A stretch of 64,000 bases of DNA from assembly GCF_009914755.1 (NCBI RefSeq), contig NC_060948.1; one strand, given 5' to 3'. The translations under genes and the position numbers were made by a program. Under the pieces are notes generated by a model. That model made no database searches and was not told the origin of the DNA. It worked only from the letters and a program-made list of their open reading frames with translations. This document shows, piece after piece, positions 38,786 to 52,916 of this stretch. This stretch comes from the human T2T-CHM13v2.0 reference genome, Homo sapiens. The first letter of the stretch is position 1. Every line of letters starts with the position of its first letter.

Positions 38786-41700
38786 ACTGGAATGGAATGT
38801 ACATGAATGGAATGTAATCGAATGGAAAGCAATCCAATGGAATAGAATCTAATGCAATAAAATCGAGTCAAATAGAGTAGAATGTAATGGAATGGAGTGC
38901 AGTGCAATGGAATGGAATGGAATGGAATGCAATGGAATGGAATGGAATGGAATGGGATGGAATGGTATGGAATGGATAGTAATGGACTGGAGTGAAATGG
39001 ACTGGAAAAGAATGGACTCAAATTGAAAGGGCTCGAAAGGAATGGAGTCAAATGGAATGGTCTGGAATGGAATGAACACGAATGTAATGCAATCCAATAG
39101 AATGGAATCGAATGGCATGGAATATAAAGAAATGGAATCGAAGAGAATGGAAACAAATGGAATGGAATTGAATGGAATGGAATTGAATGGAATGGGAACG
39201 AATGGAGTGAAATTGTATGCAGTAGAAGAGAATAGAATGGAATGCAAGCGAAAGGAAAGGAATGGATTGGAATGGAATGGAATTCATTGGAATGGAAGGG
39301 AATGTAGTGTAATGGACAGGCCTGGAATAAAGTGGAATGCTACGGTCTCGAATGGAATAAAAATGTATGGAATGGAATGCAATGAAACGGAATCGAATGT
39401 CATAGAATGTAATGGAATGCAAAAAAATGGACTCCAAAATCATTGACTGGAAAGGCTGGGTGTCGAAAGGAATTGACTCCAATGGAATGGAATCGAATGG
39501 AATGGAAGTGAATAGAATCGAACTAAATCGAATGGAATGGAATTGATAGGAACGGAATGGAAAGGAATGCAATGATTTGGCATGGAATGGAATCGAATGG
39601 CATCGAATGGAATGGAATGGAATGCAATGGAATGGAATGTATTAGAATGTAATGAACTTTAATGGAATGTACTCGAATGGATTCGACTGGAATGGAATGT
39701 TCTGGAAGTGAATGGACTCCAATGGAATGGATTCGAAAGGAATGGAAACTAATGGAATGGAATTAAACGGAAATGAATCAAATAGAATAGAACGGAATTG
39801 AATTGAATGGAATCGAATGCAATGGAATCTAATGAAACGGAAAGGAATGGAATGGAATGGGCTGGAATGGAATGGAATCGAAACGAATGGAATGGAATCG
39901 AACTGAAGAGACTGGAATGGAATGCACTGGAATGGAAGGGAATGTAATGGAAGGTTCTCGAAAAAAATGGAATCGAAAGGAATGGAATTGAATGGAACGG
40001 AATAGAGTCGAATGGAATTCAATGGAATGGAATGGACTAGAGTGAAATGGAATCGAACCACAAGGAATGGACAGGAATAGAATGGTCTCGAATTGAATGG
40101 AATCGTATGGAATGGCATCAAACGGAATGGAATGGACAGCCACGGAATGGAATGGACACCCACGGAATGGAATGCACTCGAATGCAATGGAGTCGACACT
40201 AATGGACTGGAATAGAATGGACTCGACTGGTACGGACTCCAATGGAATGGAATCGAATGGAAGGGAATCGAAAGGAATGGACTCGAAGGGAAAAGACTGC
40301 AATGGAAAGGTCTCGAATGGAATGGAAATTAATGGAATGGAATGGAATCGAATGAAATGGAGTCAAAAGGAATGGAATCGAATGGCAAGAAATCGAATGT
40401 AATGGAATCGCAAGGAATTGATGTGAACGGAACGGAATGGAATGGAATCCAAAGGAATGGAATAGAATGGAATGGAATCGAATGGAAAGGACTCGAATGG
40501 AAATCACTCGAATAGAATGCAATTTAATAAAATAGGATCAAATGTAATGGAATGGAATGGAAAGGAATCGAAACGAAAGGAATGGAGACAGATGGAATGG
40601 AATGGAACAGAGAGCAATGGCATAGAATGGAATGGAATCATCTGGAATGGAATTGAATGGAATGGAATAATATGAAATGGAATGGAATGGAATGCCCTTG
40701 AATTAAATGGACTGGAATGCAATGGACTCGAACAGAGTGGAATGGAAAGTGTTGAAATAGAATGGAATGGACTCGTTTGGAATGGTCTAGTATGCAATGC
40801 AATCGACTGGCAGGGAATCAAAAGGAATGTAATCGAATGGATTGGACTGGAATGCAATGGACTCGAATAGATTGGAAGCGGAAAGCAAAGGAATGGAATG
40901 GAATAGTATGGAATGGAATGCAAAGGAATGGAGTGGAATAGACTAGAGTGGAATGGAATGGACTCGAAAGCAATGGACTGGAATGGAACTTTCTTGAATG
41001 GACTGGAATCAAACGGAATGGAATGCAATGCAATCAAATGGCATGGAATAAAATAGAATGAAAGAGAATCAAATGGAATTGAATCGAATGGAATCGAATG
41101 GATTGGAAAGGAATAGAATGGAATGGAATGGAATTGACTCAAATGGAATGGACTAGAATGGAATGGATTCGAATGGAAGGCAAAGGAATGGAATCTATTG
41201 GAATGGACTGTAATGGAATGGAATGGAAGGGATTGGAATGGACTCGAATGGAATGGACTGCAATAGAAAGGATTCGAATGGAATGAAAAAGAATTGAATG
41301 GAATAGAACAGAATGGAATCAAATCGAATGAAATGGAATGGAATAGAAAGGAATGGAATGAAATGGAATGGAAAGGATTCGAATGGAATGCAATCGAATG
41401 GAATGCAATCGAATGGAATGGAATCGAACGGAATGGAATAAAATGGAAGAAAACTGGCAAGAAATGGAGTCGAAATGAATGGAGTGTTATGGAACGGACT
41501 CAAAAGGAATTGAATGTAATAGAATGGAGTGGAGTGGACTCGAATATAATGGACTGGAGTGGAATGAAATCACATGGAATGGGAACGAATGGAATGGAAT
41601 GGAAAGGAATGGAATCGAATGGAAAGGAATCGAATGGAAGGGAATGAAATTGAATCAACAGGAATGGAAGGGAGTAGAATAGACGGTAATGGAATGGACT

Positions 41701-44700
41701 CGAATAGAATGGACACGAATGCTCAAATTGAATGGACTCGAATGGAATGGAAACGAAAGGAATGTCATCGAATGGAATTGAATCTATTGGAATGAAATCA
41801 CATAGAATGGAGTGGAATCAAATGGAATTGAATCGAAAGGAAAGGAAGCGAATGGACTGAAATGAAATGGAATGGAATTGAATGGAAATTAATGCAATGG
41901 AATAGAATGGAACGAAATTTCACGGAATGGAATCAAACTGAATGGAATCAAATCAATGGAATATAATCAAATGGAATGGAAAGGAATTGAATGGAGTAGA
42001 TTGGATTGGATGGGATTGGAATGAAATGTACTGGAAAGGACTCGAATTTCATGAAACGGAATGGAATGAATTAGAACGGAATGGACTCGAATGGAATGGA
42101 ATGTCATGGAATGGCATCAAATGGAATGGAATCGAATGCGATGGAATGCTATGGAATGGAATGGAATGCATTGGAATGGAATGTCCTCTAATGGAATGGA
42201 TTCGAGTGGAATGGAATCGAATATAATGGAGTCTAATGAAATAGAATTGAAAGGAATGGGACCGAATACAATGGAATATACTGGAATGTAATGTAATGAA
42301 CTCGAATGTAATTGACTGGAATGGAATGTACATGAATGGAATGTAATCGAATGGAAAGCAATCCAATGGAATAGAATCTAATGCAATAAAATCGAGTCAA
42401 ATAGAGTAGAATGTAATGGAATGGAGTGCAGTGCAATGGAATGGAATGGAATGGAATGCAATGGAATGGAATGGAATGGAATGGGATGGAATGGTATGGA
42501 ATGGATAGTAATGGACTGGAGTGAAATGGACTGGAAAAGAATGGACTCAAATTGAAAGGGCTCGAAAGGAATGGAGTCAAATGGAATGGTCTGGAATGGA
42601 ATGAACACGAATGTAATGCAATCCAATAGAATGGAATCGAATGGCATGGAATATAAAGAAATGGAATCGAAGAGAATGGAAACAAATGGAATGGAATTGA
42701 ATGGAATGGAATTGAATGGAATGGGAACGAATGGAGTGAAATTGTATGCAGTAGAAGAGAATAGAATGGAATGCAAGCGAAAGGAAAGGAATGGATTGGA
42801 ATGGAATGGAATTCATTGGAATGGAAGGGAATGTAGTGTAATGGACAGGCCTGGAATAAAGTGGAATGCTACGGTCTCGAATGGAATAAAAATGTATGGA
42901 ATGGAATGCAATGAAACGGAATCGAATGTCATAGAATGTAATGGAATGCAAAAAAATGGACTCCAAAATCATTGACTGGAAAGGCTGGGTGTCGAAAGGA
43001 ATTGACTCCAATGGAATGGAATCGAATGGAATGGAAGTGAATAGAATCGAACTAAATCGAATGGAATGGAATTGATAGGAACGGAATGGAAAGGAATGCA
43101 ATGATTTGGCATGGAATGGAATCGAATGGCATCGAATGGAATGGAATGGAATGCAATGGAATGGAATGTATTAGAATGTAATGAACTTTAATGGAATGTA
43201 CTCGAATGGATTCGACTGGAATGGAATGTTCTGGAAGTGAATGGACTCCAATGGAATGGATTCGAAAGGAATGGAATCTAATGGAATGGAATTAAACGGA
43301 AATGAATCAAATAGAATAGAACGGAATTGAATTGAATGGAATCGAATGCAATGGAATCTAATGAAACGGAAAGGAATGGAATGGAATGGGCTGGAATGGA
43401 ATGGAATCGAAACGAATGGAATGGAATCGAACTGAAGAGACTGGAATGGAATGCACTGGAATGGAAGGGAATGTAATGGAAGGTTCTCGAAAAAAATGGA
43501 ATCGAAAGGAATGGAATTGAATGGAACGGAATAGAGTCGAATGGAATTGAATGGAATGGAATGGACTAGAGTGAAATGGAATCGAACCACAAGGAATGGA
43601 CAGGAATAGAATGGTCTCGAATTGAATGGAATCGTATGGAATGGCATCAAACGGAATGGAATGGACAGCCACGGAATGGAATGGACACCCACGGAATGGA
43701 ATGCACTCGAATGCAATGGAGTCGACACTAATGGACTGGAATAGAATGGACTCGACTGGTACGGACTCCAATGGAATGGAATCGAATGGAAGGGAATCGA
43801 AAGGAATGGACTCGAAGGGAAAAGACTGCAATGGAAAGGTCTCCAATGGAATGGAAATTAATGGAATGGAATGGAATCGAATGAAATGGAGTCAAAAGGA
43901 ATGGAATCGAATGGCAAGAAATCGAATGTAATGGAATCGCAAGGAATTGATGTGAACGGAACGGAATGGAATGGAATCCAAAGGAATGGAATAGAATGGA
44001 ATGGAATCGAATGGAAAGGACTCGAATGGAAATCACTCGAATAGAATGCAATTTAATAAAATAGGATCAAATGTAATGGAATGGAATGGAAAGGAATCGA
44101 AACGAAAGGAATGGAGACAGATGGAATGGAATGGAACAGAGAGCAATGGTATAGAATGGAATGGAATCATCTGGAATGGAATTGAATGGAATGGAATAAT
44201 ATGAAATGGAATGGAATGGAATGGAATGCCCTTGAATTAAATGGACTGGAATGCAATGGACTCGAACAGAGTGGAATGGAAAGTGTTGAAATAGAATGGA
44301 ATGGACTCGTTTGGAATGGTCTAGTATGCAATGCAATCGACTGGCAGGGAATCAAAAGGAATGTAATCGAATGGATTGGACTGGAATGCAATGGACTCGA
44401 ATAGATTGGAAGCGGAAAGCAAAGGAATGGAATGGAATAGTATGGAATGGAATGCAAAGGAATGGAGTGGAATAGACTAGAGTGGAATGGAATGGACTCG
44501 AAAGCAATGGACTGGAATGGAACTTTCTTGAATGGACTGGAATCAAACGGAATGGAATGCAATGCAATCAAATGGCATGGAATAAAATAGAATGAAAGAG
44601 AATCAAATGGAATTGAATCGAATGGAATCGAATGGATTGGAAAGGAATAGAATGGAATGGAATGGAATTGACTCAAATGGAATGGACTAGAATGGAATGG

Positions 44701-47700
44701 ATTCGAATGGAAGGCAAAGGAATGGAATCTATTGGAATGGACTGTAATGGAATGGAATGGAAGGGATTGGAATGGACTCGAATGGAATGCGCTGCAATAG
44801 AAAGGATTCGAATGGAATGAAAAAGAATTGAATGGAATAGAACAGAATGGAATCAAATCGAATGAAATGGAATGGAATAGAAAGGAATGGAATGAAATGG
44901 AATGGAAAGGATTCGAATGGAATGCAATCGAATGGAATGCAATCGAATGGAATGGAATCGAACGGAATGGAATAAAATGGAAGAAAACTGGCAAGAAATG
45001 GAGTCGAAATGAATGGAGTGTTATGGAACGGACTCAAAAGGAATTGAATGTAATAGAATGGAGTGGAGTGGACTCGAATATAATGGACTGGAGTGGAATG
45101 AAATCACATGGAATGGGAACGAATGGAATGGAATGGAAAGGAATGGAATCGAATGGAAAGGAATCGAATGGAAGGGAATGAAATTGAATCAACAGGAATG
45201 GAAGGGAGTAGAATAGACGGTAATGGAATGGACTCGAATAGAATGGACACGAATGCTCAAATTGAATGGACTCGAATGGAATGGAAACGAAAGGAATGTC
45301 ATCGAATGGAATTGAATCTATTGGAATGAAATCACATAGAATGGAGTGGAATCAAATGGAATTGAATCGAAAGGAAAGGAAGCGAATGGACTGAAATGAA
45401 ATGGAATGGAATTGAATGGAAATTAATGCAATGGAATAGAATGGAACGAAATTTCACGGAATGGAATCAAACTGAATGGAATCAAATCAATGGAATATAA
45501 TCAAATGGAATGGAAAGGAATTGAATGGAGTAGATTGGATTGGATGGGATTGGAATGAAATGTACTGGAAAGGACTCGAATTTCATGAAACGGAATGGAA
45601 TGAATTAGAACGGAATGGACTCGAATGGAATGGAATGTCATGGAATGGCATCAAATGGAATGGAATCGAATGCGATGGAATGCTATGGAATGGAATGGAA
45701 TGCATTGGAATGGAATGTCCTCTAATGGAATGGATTCGAGTGGAATGGAATCGAATATAATGGAGTCTAATGAAATAGAATTGAAAGGAATGGGACCGAA
45801 TACAATGGAATATACTGGAATGTAATGTAATGAACTCGAATGTAATTGACTGGAATGGAATGTACATGAATGGAATGTAATCGAATGGAAAGCAATCCAA
45901 TGGAATAGAATCTAATGCAATAAAATCGAGTCAAATAGAGTAGAATGTAATGGAATGGAGTGCAGTGCAATGGAATGGAATGGAATGGAATGCAATGGAA
46001 TGGAATGGAATGGAATGGGATGGAATGGTATGGAATGGATAGTAATGGACTGGAGTGAAATGGACTGGAAAAGAATGGACTCAAATTGAAAGGGCTCGAA
46101 AGGAATGGAGTCAAATGGAATGGTCTGGAATGGAATGAACACGAATGTAATGCAATCCAATAGAATGGAATCGAATGGCATGGAATATAAAGAAATGGAA
46201 TCGAAGAGAATGGAAACAAATGGAATGGAATTGAATGGAATGGAATTGAATGGAATGGGAACGAATGGAGTGAAATTGTATGCAGTAGAAGAGAATAGAA
46301 TGGAATGCAAGCGAAAGGAAAGGAATGGATTGGAATGGAATGGAATTCATTGGAATGGAAGGGAATGTAGTGTAATGGACAGGCCTGGAATAAAGTGGAA
46401 TGCTACGGTCTCGAATGGAATAAAAATGTATGGAATGGAATGCAATGAAACGGAATCGAATGTCATAGAATGTAATGGAATGCAAAAAAATGGACTCCAA
46501 AATCATTGACTGGAAAGGCTGGGTGTCGAAAGGAATTGACTCCAATGGAATGGAATCGAATGGAATGGAAGTGAATAGAATCGAACTAAATCGAATGGAA
46601 TGGAATTGATAGGAACGGAATGGAAAGGAATGCAATGATTTGGCATGGAATGGAATCGAATGGCATCGAATGGAATGGAATGGAATGCAATGGAATGGAA
46701 TGTATTAGAATGTAATGAACTTTAATGGAATGTACTCGAATGGATTCGACTGGAATGGAATGTTCTGGAAGTGAATGGACTCCAATGGAATGGATTCGAA
46801 AGGAATGGAAACTAATGGAATGGAATTAAACGGAAATGAATCAAATAGAATAGAACGGAATTGAATTGAATGGAATCGAATGCAATGGAATCTAATGAAA
46901 CGGAAAGGAATGGAATGGAATGGGCTGGAATGGAATGGAATCGAAACGAATGGAATGGAATCGAACTGAAGAGACTGGAATGGAATGCACTGGAATGGAA
47001 GGGAATGTAATGGAAGGTTCTCGAAAAAAATGGAATCGAAAGGAATGGAATTGAATGGAACGGAATAGAGTCGAATGGAATTGAATGGAATGGAATGGAC
47101 TAGAGTGAAATGGAATCGAACCACAAGGAATGGACAGGAATAGAATGGTCTCGAATTGAATGGAATCGTATGGAATGGCATCAAACGGAATGGAATGGAC
47201 AGCCACGGAATGGAATGGACACCCACGGAATGGAATGCACTCGAATGCAATGGAGTCGACACTAATGGACTGGAATAGAATGGACTCGACTGGTACGGAC
47301 TCCAATGGAATGGAATCGAATGGAAGGGAATCGAAAGGAATGGACTCGAAGGGAAAAGACTGCAATGGAAAGGTCTCGAATGGAATGGAAATTAATGGAA
47401 TGGAATGGAATCGAATGAAATGGAGTCAAAAGGAATGGAATCGAATGGCAAGAAATCGAATGTAATGGAATCGCAAGGAATTGATGTGAACGGAACGGAA
47501 TGGAATGGAATCCAAAGGAATGGAATAGAATGGAATGGAATCGAATGGAAAGGACTCGAATGGAAATCACTCGAATAGAATGCAATTTAATAAAATAGGA
47601 TCAAATGTAATGGAATGGAATGGAAAGGAATCGAAACGAAAGGAATGGAGACAGATGGAATGGAATGGAACAGAGAGCAATGGCATAGAATGGAATGGAA

Positions 47701-50700
47701 TCATCTGGAATGGAATTGAATGGAATGGAATAATATGAAATGGAATGGAATGGAATGGAATGCCCTTGAATTAAATGGACTGGAATGCAATGGACTCGAA
47801 CAGAGTGGAATGGAAAGTGTTGAAATAGAATGGAATGGACTCGTTTGGAATGGTCTAGTATGCAATGCAATCGACTGGCAGGGAATCAAAAGGAATGTAA
47901 TCGAATGGATTGGACTGGAATGCAATGGACTCGAATAGATTGGAAGCGGAAAGCAAAGGAATGGAATGGAATAGTATGGAATGGAATGCAAAGGAATGGA
48001 GTGGAATAGACTAGAGTGGAATGGAATGGACTCGAAAGCAATGGACTGGAATGGAACTTTCTTGAATGGACTGGAATCAAACGGAATGGAATGCAATGCA
48101 ATCAAATGGCATGGAATAAAATAGAATGAAAGAGAATCAAATGGAATTGAATCGAATGGAATCGAATGGATTGGAAAGGAATAGAATGGAATGGAATGGA
48201 ATTGACTCAAATGGAATGGACTAGAATGGAATGGATTCGAATGGAAGGCAAAGGAATGGAATCTATTGGAATGGACTGTAATGGAATGGAATGGAAGGGA
48301 TTGGAATGGACTCGAATGGAATGGACTGCAATAGAAAGGATTCGAATGGAATGAAAAAGAATTGAATGGAATAGAACAGAATGGAATCAAATCGAATGAA
48401 ATGGAATGGAATAGAAAGGAATGGAATGAAATGGAATGGAAAGGATTCGAATGGAATGCAATCGAATGGAATGCAATCGAATGGAATGGAATCGAACGGA
48501 ATGGAATAAAATGGAAGAAAACTGGCAAGAAATGGAGTCGAAATGAATGGAGTGTTATGGAACGGACTCAAAAGGAATTGAATGTAATAGAATGGAGTGG
48601 AGTGGACTCGAATATAATGGACTGGAGTGGAATGAAATCACATGGAATGGGAACGAATGGAATGGAATGGAAAGGAATGGAATCGAATGGAAAGGAATCG
48701 AATGGAAGGGAATGAAATTGAATCAACAGGAATGGAAGGGAGTAGAATAGACGGTAATGGAATGGACTCGAATAGAATGGACACGAATGCTCAAATTGAA
48801 TGGACTCGAATGGAATGGAAACGAAAGGAATGTCATCGAATGGAATTGAATCTATTGGAATGAAATCACATAGAATGGAGTGGAATCAAATGGAATTGAA
48901 TCGAAAGGAAAGGAAGCGAATAGACTGAAATGAAATGGAATGGAATTGAATGGAAATTAATGCAATGGAATAGAATGGAACGAAATTTCACGGAATGGAA
49001 TCAAACTGAATGGAATCAAATCAATGGAATATAATCAAATGGAATGGAAAGGAATTGAATGGAGTAGATTGGATTGGATGGGATTGGAATGAAATGTACT
49101 GGAAAGGACTCGAATTTCATGAAACGGAATGGAATGAATTAGAACGGAATGGACTCGAATGGAATGGAATGTCATGGAATGGCATCAAATGGAATGGAAT
49201 CGAATGCGATGGAATGCTATGGAATGGAATGGAATGCATTGGAATGGAATGTCCTCTAATGGAATGGATTCGAGTGGAATGGAATCGAATATAATGGAGT
49301 CTAATGAAATAGAATTGAAAGGAATGGGACCGAATACAATGGAATATACTGGAATGTAATGTAATGAACTCGAATGTAATTGACTGGAATGGAATGTACA
49401 TGAATGGAATGTAATCGAATGGAAAGCAATCCAATGGAATAGAATCTAATGCAATAAAATCGAGTCAAATAGAGTAGAATGTAATGGAATGGAGTGCAGT
49501 GCAATGGAATGGAATGGAATGGAATGCAATGGAATGGAATGGAATGGAATGGGATGGAATGGTATGGAATGGATAGTAATGGACTGGAGTGAAATGGACT
49601 GGAAAAGAATGGACTCAAATTGAAAGGGCTCGAAAGGAATGGAGTCAAATGGAATGGTCTGGAATGGAATGAACACGAATGTAATGCAATCCAATAGAAT
49701 GGAATCGAATGGCATGGAATATAAAGAAATGGAATCGAAGAGAATGGAAACAAATGGAATGGAATTGAATGGAATGGAATTGAATGGAATGGGAACGAAT
49801 GGAGTGAAATTGTATGCAGTAGAAGAGAATAGAATGGAATGCAAGCGAAAGGAAAGGAATGGATTGGAATGGAATGGAATTCATTGGAATGGAAGGGAAT
49901 GTAGTGTAATGGACAGGCCTGGAATAAAGTGGAATGCTACGGTCTCGAATGGAATAAAAATGTATGGAATGGAATGCAATGAAACGGAATCGAATGTCAT
50001 AGAATGTAATGGAATGCAAAAAAATGGACTCCAAAATCATTGACTGGAAAGGCTGGGTGTCGAAAGGAATTGACTCCAATGGAATGGAATCGAATGGAAT
50101 GGAAGTGAATAGAATCGAACTAAATCGAATGGAATGGAATTGATAGGAACGGAATGGAAAGGAATGCAATGATTTGGCATGGAATGGAATCGAATGGCAT
50201 CGAATGGAATGGAATGGAATGCAATGGAATGGAATGTATTAGAATGTAATGAACTTTAATGGAATGTACTCGAATGGATTCGACTGGAATGGAATGTTCT
50301 GGAAGTGAATGGACTCCAATGGAATGGATTCGAAAGGAATGGAATCTAATGGAATGGAATTAAACGGAAATGAATCAAATAGAATAGAACGGAATTGAAT
50401 TGAATGGAATCGAATGCAATGGAATCTAATGAAACGGAAAGGAATGGAATGGAATGGGCTGGAATGGAATGGAATCGAAACGAATGGAATGGAATCGAAC
50501 TGAAGAGACTGGAATGGAATGCACTGGAATGGAAGGGAATGTAACGGAAGGTTCTCGAAAAAAATGGAATCGAAAGGAATGGAATTGAATGGAACGGAAT
50601 AGAGTCGAATGGAATTGAATGGAATGGAATGGACTAGAGTGAAATGGAATCGAACCACAAGGAATGGACAGGAATAGAATGGTCTCGAATTGAATGGAAT

Positions 50701-52916
50701 CGTATGGAATGGCATCAAACGGAATGGAATGGACAGCCACGGAATGGAATGGACACCCACGGAATGGAATGCACTCGAATGCAATGGAGTCGACACTAAT
50801 GGACTGGAATAGAATGGACTCGACTGGTACGGACTCCAATGGAATGGAATCGAATGGAAGGGAATCGAAAGGAATGGACTCGAAGGGAAAAGACTGCAAT
50901 GGAAAGGTCTCGAATGGAATGGAAATTAATGGAATGGAATGGAATCGAATGAAATGGAGTCAAAAGGAATGGAATCGAATGGCAAGAAATCGAATGTAAT
51001 GGAATCGCAAGGAATTGATGTGAACGGAACGGAATGGAATGGAATCCAAAGGAATGGAATAGAATGGAATGGAATCGAATGGAAAGGACTCGAATGGAAA
51101 TCACTCGAATAGAATGCAATTTAATAAAATAGGATCAAATGTAATGGAATGGAATGGAAAGGAATCGAAACGAAAGGAATGGAGACAGATGGAATGGAAT
51201 GGAACAGAGAGCAATGGTATAGAATGGAATGGAATCATCTGGAATGGAATTGAATGGAATGGAATAATATGAAATGGAATGGAATGGAATGGAATGCCCT
51301 TGAATTAAATGGACTGGAATGCAATGGACTCGAACAGAGTGGAATGGAAAGTGTTGAAATAGAATGGAATGGACTCGTTTGGAATGGTCTAGTATGCAAT
51401 GCAATCGACTGGCAGGGAATCAAAAGGAATGTAATCGAATGGATTGGACTGGAATGCAATGGACTCGAATAGATTGGAAGCGGAAAGCAAAGGAATGGAA
51501 TGGAATAGTATGGAATGGAATGCAAAGGAATGGAGTGGAATAGACTAGAGTGGAATGGAATGGACTCGAAAGCAATGGACTGGAATGGAACTTTCTTGAA
51601 TGGACTGGAATCAAACGGAATGGAATGCAATGCAATCAAATGGCATGGAATAAAATAGAATGAAAGAGAATCAAATGGAATTGAATCGAATGGAATCGAA
51701 TGGATTGGAAAGGAATAGAATGGAATGGAATGGAATTGACTCAAATGGAATGGACTAGAATGGAATGGATTCGAATGGAAGGCAAAGGAATGGAATCTAT
51801 TGGAATGGACTGTAATGGAATGGAATGGAAGGGATTGGAATGGACTCGAATGGAATGCGCTGCAGTAGAAAGGATTCGAATGGAATGAAAAAGAATTGAA
51901 TGGAATAGAACAGAATGGAATCAAATCGAATGAAATGGAATGGAATAGAAAGGAATGCAATGAAATGGAATGGAAAGGATTCCAATGGAATGCAATCGAA
52001 TGGAATGAAATCGAATGGAATGGAATCGAACGGAATGGAATAAAATGGAAGAAAACTGGCAAGAAATGGAGTCGAAATGAATGGAGTGTTATGGAACGGA
52101 CTCAAAAGGAATTGAATGTAATAGAATGGAGTGGAGTGGACTCGAATATAATGGACTGGAGTGGAATGAAATCACATGGAATGGGAACGAATGGAATGGA
52201 ATGGAAAGGAATGGAATCGAATGGAAAGGAATCGAATGGAAGGGAATGAAATTGAATCAACAGGAATGGAAGGGAGTAGAATCGACGGTAATGGAATGGA
52301 CTCGAATAGAATGGACACGAATGCTCAAATTGAATGGACTCGAATGGAATGGAAACGAAAGGAATGTCATCGAATGGAATTGAATCGATTGGAATGAAAT
52401 CACATAGAATGGAGTGGAATCAAATGGAATTGAATCGAAAGGAAAGGAAGCGAATGGACTGAAATGAAATGGAATGGAATTGAATGGAAATTAATGCAAT
52501 GGAATAGAATGGAACGAAATTTCACGGAATGGAATCAAACTGAATGGAATCAAATCAATGGAATATAATCAAATGGAATGGAAAGGAATTGAATGGAGTA
52601 GATTGGATTGGATGGGATTGGAATGAAATGTACTGGAAAGGACTCGAATTTCATGAAACGGAATGGAATGAATTAGAACGGAATGGACTCGAATGGAATG
52701 GAATGTCATGGAATGGCATCAAATGGAATGGAATCGAATGCGATGGAATGCTATGGAATGGAATGGAATGCATTGGAATGGAATGTCCTCTAATGGAATG
52801 GATTCGAGTGGAATGGAATCGAATATAATGGAGTCTAATGAAATAGAATTGAAAGGAATGGGACCGAATACAATGGAATATACTGGAATGTAATGTAATG
52901 AACTCGAATGTAATTG
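38786..52916 (+). repeat. DYZ1 units U12-U15 (starts 38786, 42315, 45849, 49383; 3529-3534 bp)
   Basis: Highly similar units with the 20-bp duplication, gaaatggagtcg and ggactggagtgg. Markers alternate between odd and even units. Confidence 0.85.
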